From Somniosus microcephalus (taxonomy: Eukaryota), in assembly GCA_052327205.1 (NCBI GenBank), contig CM126212.1, forward strand, positions 204,910,001-204,974,000: a DNA stretch of 64,000 bases, given 5' to 3'. A program made the position numbers and the translations under genes. This document shows, piece after piece, positions 46,407 to 58,612 of this stretch. Each line of letters opens with the position of its first letter. Position 1 is the stretch's first letter. Under the pieces are notes generated by a model. That model searched no databases. It had not been told where the DNA came from and was given only the letters and a program-made list of their open reading frames with translations.

Positions 46407-48297
46407 TTTGTATCTGTCTTCATCGAAGAGAACAAAAAAAACATTCAGGAAATAGTGGGGAACCAAGGGTTTAGTGAGAATGAGGAACTTAGAGAAATTA
46501 GTATTAGTAAAGAAATAGTACTGGAGAAATTAATGGGACTAAAAGCCAACAAATCCTCTGGACCTGATGGCCTGCATCCTAGGGTTTTAAAAGAGTTGGC
46601 TGCAGAGATAGTGGATGCATTGGTTTTTTTGAGGTTGTAACTAGCAGGGTAGATAAGGGGGAAACCAGTGGATGTAGTGTATTTGGATTTTCAGAAAGCA
46701 TTCAATAAGGTGGCACACAAAAGGTTATTGCATAAAATTAGGGCTCATGGGATTGGAGGTAATATATTAGCATGGATTGAGGATTGGTTAATGGACAGAA
46801 AACAGAGAGTAGGAACAAACGGATCATTTTCGGGTTGGCAGACTGCAACTAGTGGGATATTGCAAGGATCAGTGCTTGGGGCTCAGCTATTTGCAATCTA
46901 TATCAATGACTTAGATGAGGGGACCGAGTGTAATGTATCCAAGTTTGCTGATGATACAAAGCTAAGTGGGAAAGTAAGTTGTGAGGAGGAAACAAAGAGG
47001 CTGCAAAGGGATATAGATAGGTTAAGTGAGCGGACAAGAACATGGCAGATGGAATATAATGTGGAGAAATGTGAAGTTATCCACTTTGGTAGGAAAAATA
47101 GAAAATCAGAATATTTTTTTTAAATGGTGTGAGATTGGGAAATGTTGGTATTCAGAGGGACCTGTGTGTCCTTGTACACAAATCACTGAAAGTTAACATG
47201 TAGGTACAGCAAGCAATTAGGAAAGCAAATGGTATGTTAGCCTTTATTACAAAAGGATTGAAGTATAAGAGTAAAGAAGTCTTACTGCAATGATATAGGG
47301 CCTTGGTGAGACCACACCTGGAGTATTGTGTGCAGTCTTGGTCTCCTTACCTAAGGAAGGATATACTTGCCTTAGAGGAAGTGCAACGAAGGTTCACCAG
47401 ACTGATTCCTGGGATGGGGGGATTGTCCTATGAGGAGAGACTGAGGGCACTAGGCCTATATTCTCTAGAGTTTAGAAGAATGAGAGGTGATATAATTGAA
47501 ACATATAAACTTCTTACAGGACTTAACAGGGTAGATGCTGGGAAGATGTTTCCCCTGACTGGGGAATCTAGAACTAGGGGGTCACAGTCTCAGAATAAGG
47601 GGTCGGCCATTTAGGACTGAGCTGGGGAGAAATTTCTTCACTCAAAGGGTTGTGAACCTTTCGAATTCTCTACCCCAGAGGGCTGTGGATGCTCAGTCAT
47701 TGAGTATATTCAAGACTGAGATCAATAGATTTTTGAATATTAAGGGAATCAAGAGATATGGGGATAGTGCGGGAAGGTGGAGATGAGTTGGAAGATCAGC
47801 CATGATCTTATTGAATGGCGGAGCAGGCTCGAAGGGCCAAATGGCCTACTCCAGCTCCTTTTTCTTATGTTCTTAAGCTTATGTTCTTATCTTCTAATTA
47901 CATCATAGGACTCTAATTTGCATGTATTCGTTATCTCTGGCAGGCACCTCGGACAACTAAGAAAACCGTGTGGTTAAATTGGTGGCCAGAGTGAACTCAG
48001 TGGGAACAGAGCAAAAAAAATGATTTTAACCGTCCACCAGCCCCGTTCCCGCTGGGAGTTCAGGGTTAAAATCCCCCCCTTAAGGTTGTATATCAATACT
48101 ATGTGATAATCATCTTGGAGACAGAAAAATTTTGCCAGTACTACATATACACAGAAGATTAAATACCTGTTGTCCTGGAGTGTGAACGAGAACATGATTG
48201 CACGACATCAAATCCCTTAGCAGAGCTAGAATTACGTTGAGCAATTTAGAACAGCGAAATGGAAAACATTGATACTTATCATTTTTACTTACACAAA

Positions 48298-49335
48298 GGG
48301 GGGAATTTTAACCTCCAAGGACAGGTGGGAAGGAAAAAATGTTTAAACTCTCAAACCCAACCCCAGCCTGCCCACTTCCGGTTTTACCGGAGGCAGGTCG
48401 GGGGCAGGGAACCAATCCTCTCTCTGGAGTCACTGAAAACATTTAAGGATGCTACAGGCCTCCATTTAAACAGGATTTTTATTTTTAACTCATGGAGCTC
48501 GGGATTCCTGGGGATAATCCCGGCAGGTAAAAGGAAGCGAGCAGGGCCGGATCCAGGAGGTAAGTGCTTTTATTGCACTGCTTGTGGGCCAGAAGGAGCA
48601 GGGGTGTTTCCTCCAGGCCATATAAGTTTACCTGCACTCGATTGGACCTCCGCAATCGTCCGACCCCCACCCCCAACGATGTCCCACTCCTCCGCGATGT
48701 GTGATTCTACCGTCAGAAGGGGGCAAGGTGGGCAGGATTTTCATTGGGCCGTGGAGGCGGGATTGGAGGTGTGTGGGGAGTTAAAATCCCAAAATCAGGG
48801 GGGCACGAACCCATCCCGCACCCAACCCGCCTCCATGCCAGTTTCAAAGGAGGCGGGTACCCAACCCACACTGGGACCCACCTCCCCGAGGCGGGAAGGG
48901 GATTAGTGCCAATTAACTGCCTGTTAACAGGTAGTTAACAGGCAGTTTTTAGCCGAATCCCTATTTTTAATGTTGAAGTGTGGGATTCCCGACATCTGCA
49001 AACCACGCCAAGTTAGAGGAGGCGGACCGTCGGGATGAAGGGCTTGGAGGGGTCGAGACGTCTGGTGTTCAGGTGAGTGATGGGTGCATGAGTGCAAAGG
49101 TAAGTGTGTTTGGTGTGTGTAAAGTGTTTAAAGAAGTTTTACATACCTTTACTTACCTTTACAGCCTTCCATTCTTCAGGTCTCGGGAGTCCCTCATCTC
49201 ACCGGCACAGAAAGCAGAATGGCTGCGAGCTGTCAAAAATTGCAGCATTCAACTTTCTGTTCCGGGGAGATCTCTAAATCATCCTGAGAGGAAGGAATTA
49301 ACCTGGAGTACAGATTGTTAGTGTTTGACAGCCCA
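48298..49335. mobile_element. Composite Harbinger-type MITE fragments
   Basis: Starts ggggggaattttaacc; the later part is homologous to 28080-28620. Confidence 0.55.
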
Positions 49336-49344
49336 CAGAATCAA

Positions 49345-49555
49345 TCATAGAATCTTACAGCACAGAAGGAGGACTTTAGGCTCATCACATCTGTGCCAAC
49401 TCTTTGAAAGTTGTTAAATTTAGTCCCACATTCCCAGCATTTTCCCCATAACCCTGCAAATTAGTCCTCTTCAAGTACATGGCCAATTGCCTTTTGAAAG
49501 TTCCTGTGGAATCTGCTTCGGCCACTCTTTCAGGCAGTGCATTCCAGACCTTAAC
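49345..49555 (-). mobile_element. CR1 3' end
   Basis: catagaatcttacagcacagaaggagg...caggcagtgcattccaga, as at 53590-53790. Confidence 0.7.
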
Positions 49556-50394
49556 AGTCAGCAGATCTGTTACAAAATAAATATAACTTATCCCTGTTCA
49601 GATACACAGGCCGGGATATTCCAGCCTCAGCCACCCAAAAGTGAATGCTCAAGTGAGGAGTGTGGGCAGTAAGTGGTTTGGCATCGCACTCCGCTGAGTC
49701 TCCAGCTATGCATTATTCCATTGACTTTTTTGCTTCCTCTCCCCTAGGGGACAGTGCCGCCAAGGCCTACCAGAAAACAAGTGGAGGACATGCAATTGAG
49801 GGCGGATGATGGTGATGCCATCCACCATATTTCCTATCATCCTGCACCTCTTTACGTTAGTCGCAGAGCCTGTTGGAAGAACAAATCTCAGGATAAAAAT
49901 TCCAGTGAAGGATGTTGTAAGCCGCCAAACGAAGTGAGGTGAGATTTTGATTTATTGAAAGGAGAGGATTTTTTGTTCGGATATATTTTATTGCTGCTGT
50001 CAGTTAAATACTTTTAACTTAAGGTTTGTTACTACTGAGACCTGAAGCAGTGAATTCAGGGTGGGGTCTACACTCACTTAAAGCGAAATTTCCTTGCGGT
50101 GTCAGAGAGTATTGCAGTACCTCTAGGTATTCTTCTACATTTGGAATTCCTTGATGAAAAGGAGCAGGGGTGGGTTAACGCATAGGCTTACAAAGCCCTT
50201 ACCCTTGACAAATACGGGGCCCCCGAGAAGTCACCATACACTGAAAAACTGCATTCAACCACCTGATCAAAAGATAAAGTGGAGGGAGGGGTTCTAGAGT
50301 TGGGCACGTAAGTAATTGCTGTGAGGGGAGCTGGTTAACCATAGTGCAAGCTGCTGAGTTAGAGCTCCCCTTCACCAGAGTGCAGTGTGAAGGG

Positions 50395-50750
50395 TTAGTT
50401 GTGGAAGTGTTGCTTTACGCGAATGCAGAGTGTGATGGTGCTCATTATGGGCAAGAAAGAAAAGGAAAGAGTGCCAGCCCTGGTGAGGTCATTTTTCTGG
50501 CACTGTTCTGCGGTCCTGGGGGTGAGGACGTTGACACTCAGTGCCAGTGCTAGTATCACCTCCCTCCTGGCACCTCCCTCCTGGCAGCACGAGTTACATT
50601 TCTGCATGGCACCCACACACGGGAGTCCGTGCCTCTTGCCTTTGATTTCCTTTAGGAGGCTTTGGAGTTCTAAATCAGTGAGGTCCTGTGTTCTTCTCTG
50701 GCTTGGTGCCACGCCCTGCTGCCCTCTGAACCCAGATGGTGTCTGCACAG
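50395..50750 (-). pseudogene. Harbinger Myb/SANT-like remnant
   Basis: DLTDLELQSLLKEI...PRTAEQCQKNDLTRAG. Confidence 0.5.
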
Positions 50751-52044
50751 TCATAATTCTATGTCCGCATAGTCATAATTCTATATATGTATAATAAAAA
50801 TATTGCCAAGACATACACTGAAGTTATTCGAGAGTTCAAGTAAAAGCACCAAGCACTGTTCCTCTCTTACCTATCCCTCAGTCTGCTGCTGAAGAATGAA
50901 CATAGGAACAGGAGTAGACCATTCACTCTCTCTCGAGCCTGTTCCGCAGGCTGAATTGTCTTTTTAAAGACTGCACTGAGGTTTCCAGGGAGTTCAAATG
51001 CTTACAATCGTTTTACATGGATTTTGGGCAAAAGACTGCACCAATGTGAATGCAAATTATTTGACCCAGGAAAGCTGGGTGTAATTTCCTCTGCAGGCCA
51101 CCGGTGGGTGCAGATTGTCTTACAAGGTGCAATAGTGACATAACTCACTGAGGAAATTCTAGAGGTTTGATTCAAAACAGAGATCAGAACAGTTCAAGGT
51201 AACAGCTCTATGTGCTTGATTTGGCAACACAATGACTAAAAAGCAGCTCCTTATATCTTTGAGTAATCATTAAATGCATGTTTCAAGAATGCTAAGGTGA
51301 ACTTTGAACTTAGTTGTCTGGTTGCTAATCTAGCTTCACAGAAAATCAGCAAACTTGTGACATTCAAATTTATAGTGAAGAAATCAAACAATTCTCTTAA
51401 GGCTGAGCAAAAGCCGACAGCTTTAACACTTTAACAATTCTAGAATCTTTGATTAGGTGTGTTAGCTTAGCCTCATTGAGAAGCTGACCTCCAGTGGCAT
51501 ATTTGGTAAGCCACTGAATGGCCCTGAATTTCCTTGATCCGGCTCGTGCCAAAATTTATGCCGGTTTCTATGCCGATCTTGCCAAAGGCAACTTACTCTG
51601 AAAGTTCCTGAAAATCTCATCAGTGTACGCCCGAACGTAAAAACTGGTGTTAAACAAACAGAAATCAGCGTAAACAATCAGGGCCCAAGGAAAGTGCGAA
51701 ACATATGCCATCTATCCTCTTTAAGTCACTCTTTATCTTATTGATGTTATGAAAATTAAAGTTTGCAGCCATCAAAACATTATTTAACACAGCATGTTTA
51801 AGAAAATGCAATTGTGGAAGCTTTTCGCATTTTAATGTAACAGATTCTGATGCCATAACAAAGCATTCAAAATATAAAAATACAGTGCTGGTCTCAGTAA
51901 GGAGAAATTAAAAAGAATTGCTAAGAAAAATTATTATCAACCACCAGAATTGATGACTTTGGGTTCTGATGCACCTCAAATTTTGGGCTTAAAATTATGG
52001 CCATTCAGAACTGGTGTAAATGCAGGAAACTCGCGTGTTAGCCA

Positions 52045-52465
52045 GACGGCTCAGTGGTAGCACCCTTGCCTCTGCATCAGAAGGTTCTGTGTTCAAGTCC
52101 CACTCCAGAGACTTGAGCACAAAAATCTAGGATGACACTCCAGTGCTGCACTGTTGGAAGTACCGCCTTTCCTATGAGACATTAAACCGAGGCCCCGACT
52201 GCCCTCCCAGGTGGATGTTAAAGATCCCATGGCACTATTTCGAAGAAAAGCAGGGGAGTTCTCCCCGGTGTCCTGGACAATAATGATTCCTCAACCAACA
52301 TCACTAAAACAGATCAATTGGTCATTATCACATTGCTGTTTGTGGGAGCTAGCTGTGCACATATTGGCTGCCGTGCTTATTACATTACAACAGTGACTAC
52401 TCTTCAAAAGTACTTCATTGGCTGTAAAGCCCCTTGGGACATCCTGAAAGGCACTATACTTTTTT
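52045..52465 (+). mobile_element. tRNA-derived Deu-domain SINE (SacSINE1-like)
   Basis: A/B boxes ggctcagtggtagc and gttcaagtccc; core taaaccgaggcccc...taaagatcccatggcactattt...ggggagttctccccggtgtcctgg. Confidence 0.8.
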
Positions 52466-52499
52466 TCTCAATCCATAATTCCACGTGATATAGAAGCCC

Positions 52500-53137
52500 A
52501 TTTCATGAGTTGATCACTCCTTGTGTGAAGAATTTCCTAATATCAGCCCTAAATTTACCTTTTAATCATCCTCCCACTCCTCCCTCACTCCCGTTCTCCA
52601 TCTTCTCTTCTCACCTTATTTAACTCCTCTCCTCCTTCTACCTCCACTCTTCCCTCCTCACAACTTCTCTCTGTTACTTCCTCACCTCTCCTGCCCCACC
52701 TCTCCCCTCCCTCCCTTACACTACCCTCCTTCACTCTCTCTACTCCTGTTTCCTCCCTTCATTCTCCTCCTCCCTCCCCATTCTCCTTCTCTCTCCCTTT
52801 CCCATCACTCTCTTCCTCCCACCACCTTGCTCCCATTCCTCTTAAATGGCCAATCCCTTATCATGAGACTATGACCCCTAGAGGAGGAGGAATTTCTTCA
52901 GTCAGAGGGTTGTGAATCTTTGAAATTTTCTACCCCAAAGGGCTGTGGATGCTGAATCGTTGAGTATATTCAAGGCTGAGATAAATAGATTTTTGGACTT
53001 TAGGGGAATCAAGGGATATGGAGATCAGACGGGAAAGTGAAGTTGAGGTCAAAGATCAGCTATGATCTTATTGAATGGCGGAGAAAGCTCCAGGGGCTGT
53101 ATGGACTATTCCTGCTCCTAATTCTTATGTTCTTATG
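52500..53137. mobile_element. CR1 3' fragments in both orientations around a pyrimidine-rich tract
   Basis: Minus fragment ending ctatgacccct, then + fragment gaggaggaatttcttc...ttatgttcttatg; C/T tract at 52565-52840. Confidence 0.65.
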
Positions 53138-53439
53138 AGATCTCTGCACTCCTCCAATTCTGGCCTCTTGTGCATCCCCGATTTTAATTGCTCTACCATT
53201 GGCAGCCATGCCTTCAGCTGCCTAGGCCCCAGGCTCTGGAATTCTCTCCCTAAACTGCTCCGCCTCTCCCCCTCTCTCTCCTCCTTTGAGGCTCTCCTTA
53301 AAACCTACCTCTTTGACCAAGCTTTCGGTCATCTGTCCTGATATCTTCTTATGTGGCTAGGTGTCAAATTTTGTTTGATTACGCTCTTGTAAAGCACTTT
53401 GGGACATTTTACTACATTAAAGGTACTATACAAATGCAA
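53138..53439 (+). mobile_element. L2-type 3' end (tail resumes at 59641-59668)
   Basis: Homologous to 29860-30220. Confidence 0.8.
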
Positions 53440-53580
53440 AATGCCCGCTGACTCCCACAGTTACCTTGACTACACTTTCTTCCAACCCATTTCCTGTAAG
53501 GACTTCATTTCATTCTCCCAGTTTCTCCGTCTAGGTCGCATCTGTTCTGCTGATGCCACCTTCCATACCAGGGCTTCCGA

Positions 53581-56500
53581 TTTAGAATCATAGAATCATG
53601 GAATGGTTACAGCACAGAAGGAGGCCATTTGGCCCATCGAGCCCATTGAGCACTTCAGCTAGTCCCACTCCCCCGCCCCTTTCCCCGTAGCCCAACAAAT
53701 TTTCTTCCTTCAGGTACTTATCCAATTCCATTTTGAAAGCCATGATTGAATCGGCCTCCACCACCCTTTCAGGCAGTGCATTCCAGATCCTAACCACTCG
53801 CTGAGTAAAAGTTTTTTTCCTCATGTCGCCTTTGGTTCTTTTGCCAATCGCCTTAAATCTGTGTCCTCTGATTTTTGACTCTTCCGCCAATGGGAACAGT
53901 TTCCCTCTATCTTCTCTGTCTAGACTCCTCATGATTTTGAACACCTCTATCAAATCTCCTCTCAAACATCTCTGCTCTAAAGCGAACAACCCCAGCTTCT
54001 CCAGTCTATCCACTTAACTGAAGTCTCTCATCCCTGGAACCATTCTTGTAAATCTTTTCTGCACCCTCTCTGGGGCATTCACATCCTTGCTAAAGTGCGG
54101 CGCCCAGAATTGGACACAATACTCCAGTTGAGGCCGAACCAATGTTTTATAAAAGTTCATCATAACTTCCTTGCTCTTGCACTCTATGGCCCCGATTTTC
54201 GGCTTGTGTGGGAAATGGTCGGGTTTCCCCGAATGTGGGGTTTCTGACACACATAAAAAAGTGTCAGCCAGCTCCACACAATTTTCCCTCAAGTAGCCAA
54301 TTAATTCCCAGCATGTGGGAAGCCTTGCTAATTGTCCAATTAGAGTCAGAAATCCCCACAGTATGATGTCATCATTCGTGGTGCTTTCAAGGTCCATAGC
54401 AAGCACTGCATCCTCTGAAGGCTTCCAAACGAACCATACAGGATGGCAGAGGAGCCTGCAGCAGCTGGGGCCAGTGCCAGACCCCGAGCTGCCTCCAAAT
54501 TCGACAAGGCTTCACTGCAGGCATTATTGGATGGGGTTAGGGCCCACAGGGAGGTCCTCTTCCCTAAGTCAGGGAGGAAGAGGCCTCCCACTGAGACCTT
54601 GTCGGAGGGCGCAGGACTCTGCCAGCTCAGCTCAGCTGCGCTGCATGTCGACCCTCTGCCTCTGGGTCCACCCGCAAGAGAAGAGGTGATGGATCTCCAT
54701 GCACAGATGCAGGAGTCTCTGGCAGGTTTTGTCCCCAGGGTCGCTGCGAGTGTGGAGCGAATGGAGGAGTCCATAGCGACCATGAGCAGAGCCTTTGTGG
54801 AGTCATTGGCACATGAACGCATCACCATGGAAAGGTTGGCAACCTCCATGGAGGAGATAACTCGCCAGGGTACGGAAAACATGGTGAGTGCTCATAAGAG
54901 AATGACATCTCTTGAGGAGCGTTGGCCATCTGTTGAACAGAGAAACCAGATCTTCATGGAAGCCCTTCGGAGTAGGACTGCCAGTGCAGAAACAGGTCCC
55001 CATGGCCCCCTAAAGCGCAGCAAGGTGCTCTCAAGCCACTTCCAAGCGCTGGCCCCTTCTGGCCTGTGCAGCTTCAGGTGAGTGAGCAGCAGCCTGGTGC
55101 GCCTGTTGCTGATCCTGCTGTTCCTGGTTCTGCGGCTGCCGCCTCTGCTGCTGGAGATCCTCTAATGGCAAGAAGGGAAGGAAAAAAAAGGTGTCCCATG
55201 CTCCTCATAGATGCCTCCGCTGAGGAAGCGCTGAGTGAGGGTGCCGAGCGGTGCTTCCCAGGAGATCGCATTGGAGAAGTGTGTGAGACTCCAACCTTCC
55301 ACAGCTGTGCGTAAGCCTTGAAGAAGTAGCCCCAAACCTGCAACAAGGTCCTTCAACATACAAGTGCTGTCCCTTTAAATCACAGCTTCTCCGATTGACC
55401 TGCTGCTGCAAGCAAGCAAGCCAACTGTGTTCACGCCAGGTCTCATCAGCGGGGTTCCCCGCAGGTGTGTTTCAGGTGGGGAAAGCCCTAAATTCGCAAC
55501 GGCCCCGGAAAATCTACTTCAACAAGGTAATAATTGGTCATTAGTGCTCCGACGACCAGTCCGGCAGCGGCGGCCGGGACTGAAGTGGGTCGCGGAGAAA
55601 CGGCGGTCCGAAAGTCGGACGGGGCGGGGAATCAGGCGGGGGGGGGGGGGTCGCAACCCGCTTTCTCGGCGATTTTCGGCCCCCGGCCACCTGGAAAGCC
55701 GCCCGACGGCTGGCAGAAAATCGACCCCTATGCCTCTATTTATGAAGCCCAGGATCCCGTATGCTTTTTTAACCACTTTCTCAACCTGCCCTGCCACCTT
55801 CAACGATTTGTGCACATATACCCCAGGTCTCTCTGTTCATGCACCCCTTTAGGATTGTGCCCTTTAGTTTATATTGCCTCTCCTCGTTCTTCCTACCAAA
55901 ATGTATCACTTTGCACTTTTCTGCGTTAAATTTCATCTGCCACGTGTCCACCCATTTCACCAGCCTGTTTATGTCCTCTTGACGTGTATCACTATCCTCC
56001 TCACTGTTCACTATACTTCCAAGTTTTGTGTCATTTGTAAATTTTGAAATTGTGCCCTGTACCCCCAAGTCCAAGTCATTAATATATATCAAGAAAAGCA
56101 GTGGTCCTAGTACTGACCCCTGGGGAATACCACTGTATACCTTCCTCCAGTCCGAAAAACAACCGTTCACCACTACTCTGTTTCCAGTCACTTAGCCAAT
56201 TTCGTATCCATGCTGCCACTGTCCCTTTTATTCCATGGGCTTCAACTTTGCTGACAAGCCTATTATGTGGCACTTTATCAAATGCCTTTTGGAAGTCCAT
56301 ATACATCATGTCAACTGCATTGCCCTCATCAACCCTTTCTGTTACCTCATCAAAAAACTCAATCAAGTTAGTTAAACACAATTTGCCTTTAACAAATCCG
56401 TGCTGGTTTTCCTTAATTAATCCACACTTGTCCAAGTAACTGTTAATTTGTACCCGATTCTCATTTCTAAAAGCTTCCCCACTACTGAGGTTAAACTGAC

Positions 56501-58612
56501 TGGTCTGTAGTTGCTGGGTTTATCTGTACACCCTTTTTTGAACAAGGATGTAACATTTGCAATTCCCCAGTCCTCTGGCACCACCCCCGTATCTAAGCAG
56601 CATTGGAAGATTATGGCCAGTACCTCTGCAATTTACACCTTTACTTCCCTCAGCATCCTAGGATGCATCCTATCTAGTCCTGGTGACTTATCTACTTTAA
56701 GCACAGCAAGCCTTTCTAATACCTCCTCTTAATCAATGTTTAACCCATCCAGCATCTCAACTAGCTCCTCTTTCACTATGACTTCGGAAGCAACTTCTTC
56801 CTTGTTAAAGACAGATGCAAAGTACTCATTTAGTATCTCAGCCTTGCCCTCTGCCTCCATGTGTAGGTCTCCTTTTTGGTCCCTAATCGGCCCTACCCCT
56901 CCTTTTAATACCTGCTTACTATTTATATGCCTATAGAAGACTTTTGGATTCTCTTTTATGTTTGTTGCCAATCTGATCTCATACACTCTCTTTGTCCCTG
57001 TTGTTTCCTTTTTCACTTTCCCTCTGAACTTTCTATATTCAGGCTGGTTCTCACTTGTATTCTCAACCTGACATCTGTCATACACCCCCTTTTTCTGCTT
57101 CATCTTACTCTCTATCTTTTTCATCATCCAGGGAGCTCCAGCTTTGGTTGCCATACCTTTCTCTCTCGTGGGAATGTACCTCAACTGTACCCGAACCATC
57201 TCCTCTTTAAAGGCAGCTCATTGTTCAATTACAGTTTTGCCTGCCAATCTTTGATTCCAATTTACCCGGGCCAGATCAGTTCTCAACCCACTGAAATTGG
57301 CCCTCCTCCAATTAAGTATTTTTACTCTAGATTGCTCCTTGTCCTTTTCCATAGCTAATCTAAACCTTATGATACTATGATCACTTTTCCCTAAATGTTC
57401 TCCTACTGACTCTTGATCCACCTGACCCATCTCATTCCCCAGAACCAGATCCCGCAATGCATCCTTCCTCGTTGGGCTGGAAACGTACTGATCAAGAAAG
57501 TTCTCCTGAACACACTTCAGAAATTTCCCCCCTCTCTGCCCTTTACACTATTACTATCCCAGTCTATATCAGGATAGTTGAAGTCCCCCATTATCACCAC
57601 TCTATAATTCTTGCACCTCTCTGTAATTTCCCTGCAAATTTGCTCTATATCCTTCCCACTAGTTGGCGGCCTATAGAATACACCTAGTAGTGTAATGGCA
57701 GCTCTATTGTTTCTTAACTCTGACCAAATAGATTCTGTCCTTGACAGGTGGTCAAGGACATATTCTCCTAAATCAATACTGCCACCCCACCTCCTTTCCT
57801 TCCTTCCCTATCTTTCCTAAACACCTTATATCCAGGAATATTTAGTACCCAATCCTGCCTTTTTTTGAGTCAGGTCTCCGTTATCGGCATGACGTCACAT
57901 TCCCATGTGTTTATTTGCGTCTGCAGCTCACCAACCTTATTTACCACGCTTCGTGCGTTTACACACATGCACTGTAAACCTCTCTTAGACCTTCTTGTAG
58001 TCTCTCTTAGTCTGACCCCACCTAATACCACACTATTTCTTACTCTAATGTTTTCTGTCTCTCCCAATCCTTTGTGCACCTTGTTTCTCCTTTCTTATGC
58101 TACATCCTGGTGCCCATCCCCATGCCAAATTAGTTTAAACCCTCCCCAACAGCACTAGCAACCCCCCCCCCCCCCGCCCCTCGTGAGGATATTGCTCCTG
58201 GCTCTGTTGAGGTGCAACCTGTCCGGCCTGTACAGTTCCCACCTCCCCCAGAACTGGTCTCAATGTCCCAGAAATCTAAAGCCCTCCCTCCTGCACCATC
58301 TCTCCAGCCACGCATTCATCTGCTCTATCTCCCTATTTCTATATTCACTAGCTCGTGGCACCGGGAGCAATCGGAGATTACTACCTTTGAGGTCCTGCTT
58401 ATTAATCTCTTTCCTAGCTCCCTGAAATCTGCTTGCAGGATCTCATCCCTCTTTTTACCTATGTCGTTAATACTGATATGGACCACGACCTCTGGCTGTT
58501 CACCCTCCCTCCTCAGAATGTTCTGCAGCCGTTCAGTGACATCCTTGACCCTGGCACCAGGGAGGCAACACCTACCATCCTGGAGTCATGTCTGCGGCCG
58601 CCGAAATGCCTA
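53581..58612 (-). mobile_element. CR1 LINE (decayed, including ORF1 esterase remnant) interrupted by a Harbinger element
   Basis: RT, endonuclease (CVNARS, ITET, SDH) and ORF1 pieces; (attctatg)n tail at 53581. Confidence 0.9.
54188..55728 (+). mobile_element. Non-autonomous Harbinger element with a 212-aa ORF (54443-55081)
   Basis: 3-bp TSD TAT (54185-54187, 55729-55731), TIRs ggccccgattttc / gaaaatcgacccc; the CR1 resumes exactly across it. Confidence 0.88.

Larger units (their letters stand above)
44295..47875 (+). mobile_element. CR1 LINE (decayed ORF2) with two nested insertions
   Basis: CR1 ORF2 motifs from DHNMI to the 3' tail (ttatgttc)n; interrupted at 44612-45238 and 45539-46406. 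Confidence 0.9.
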
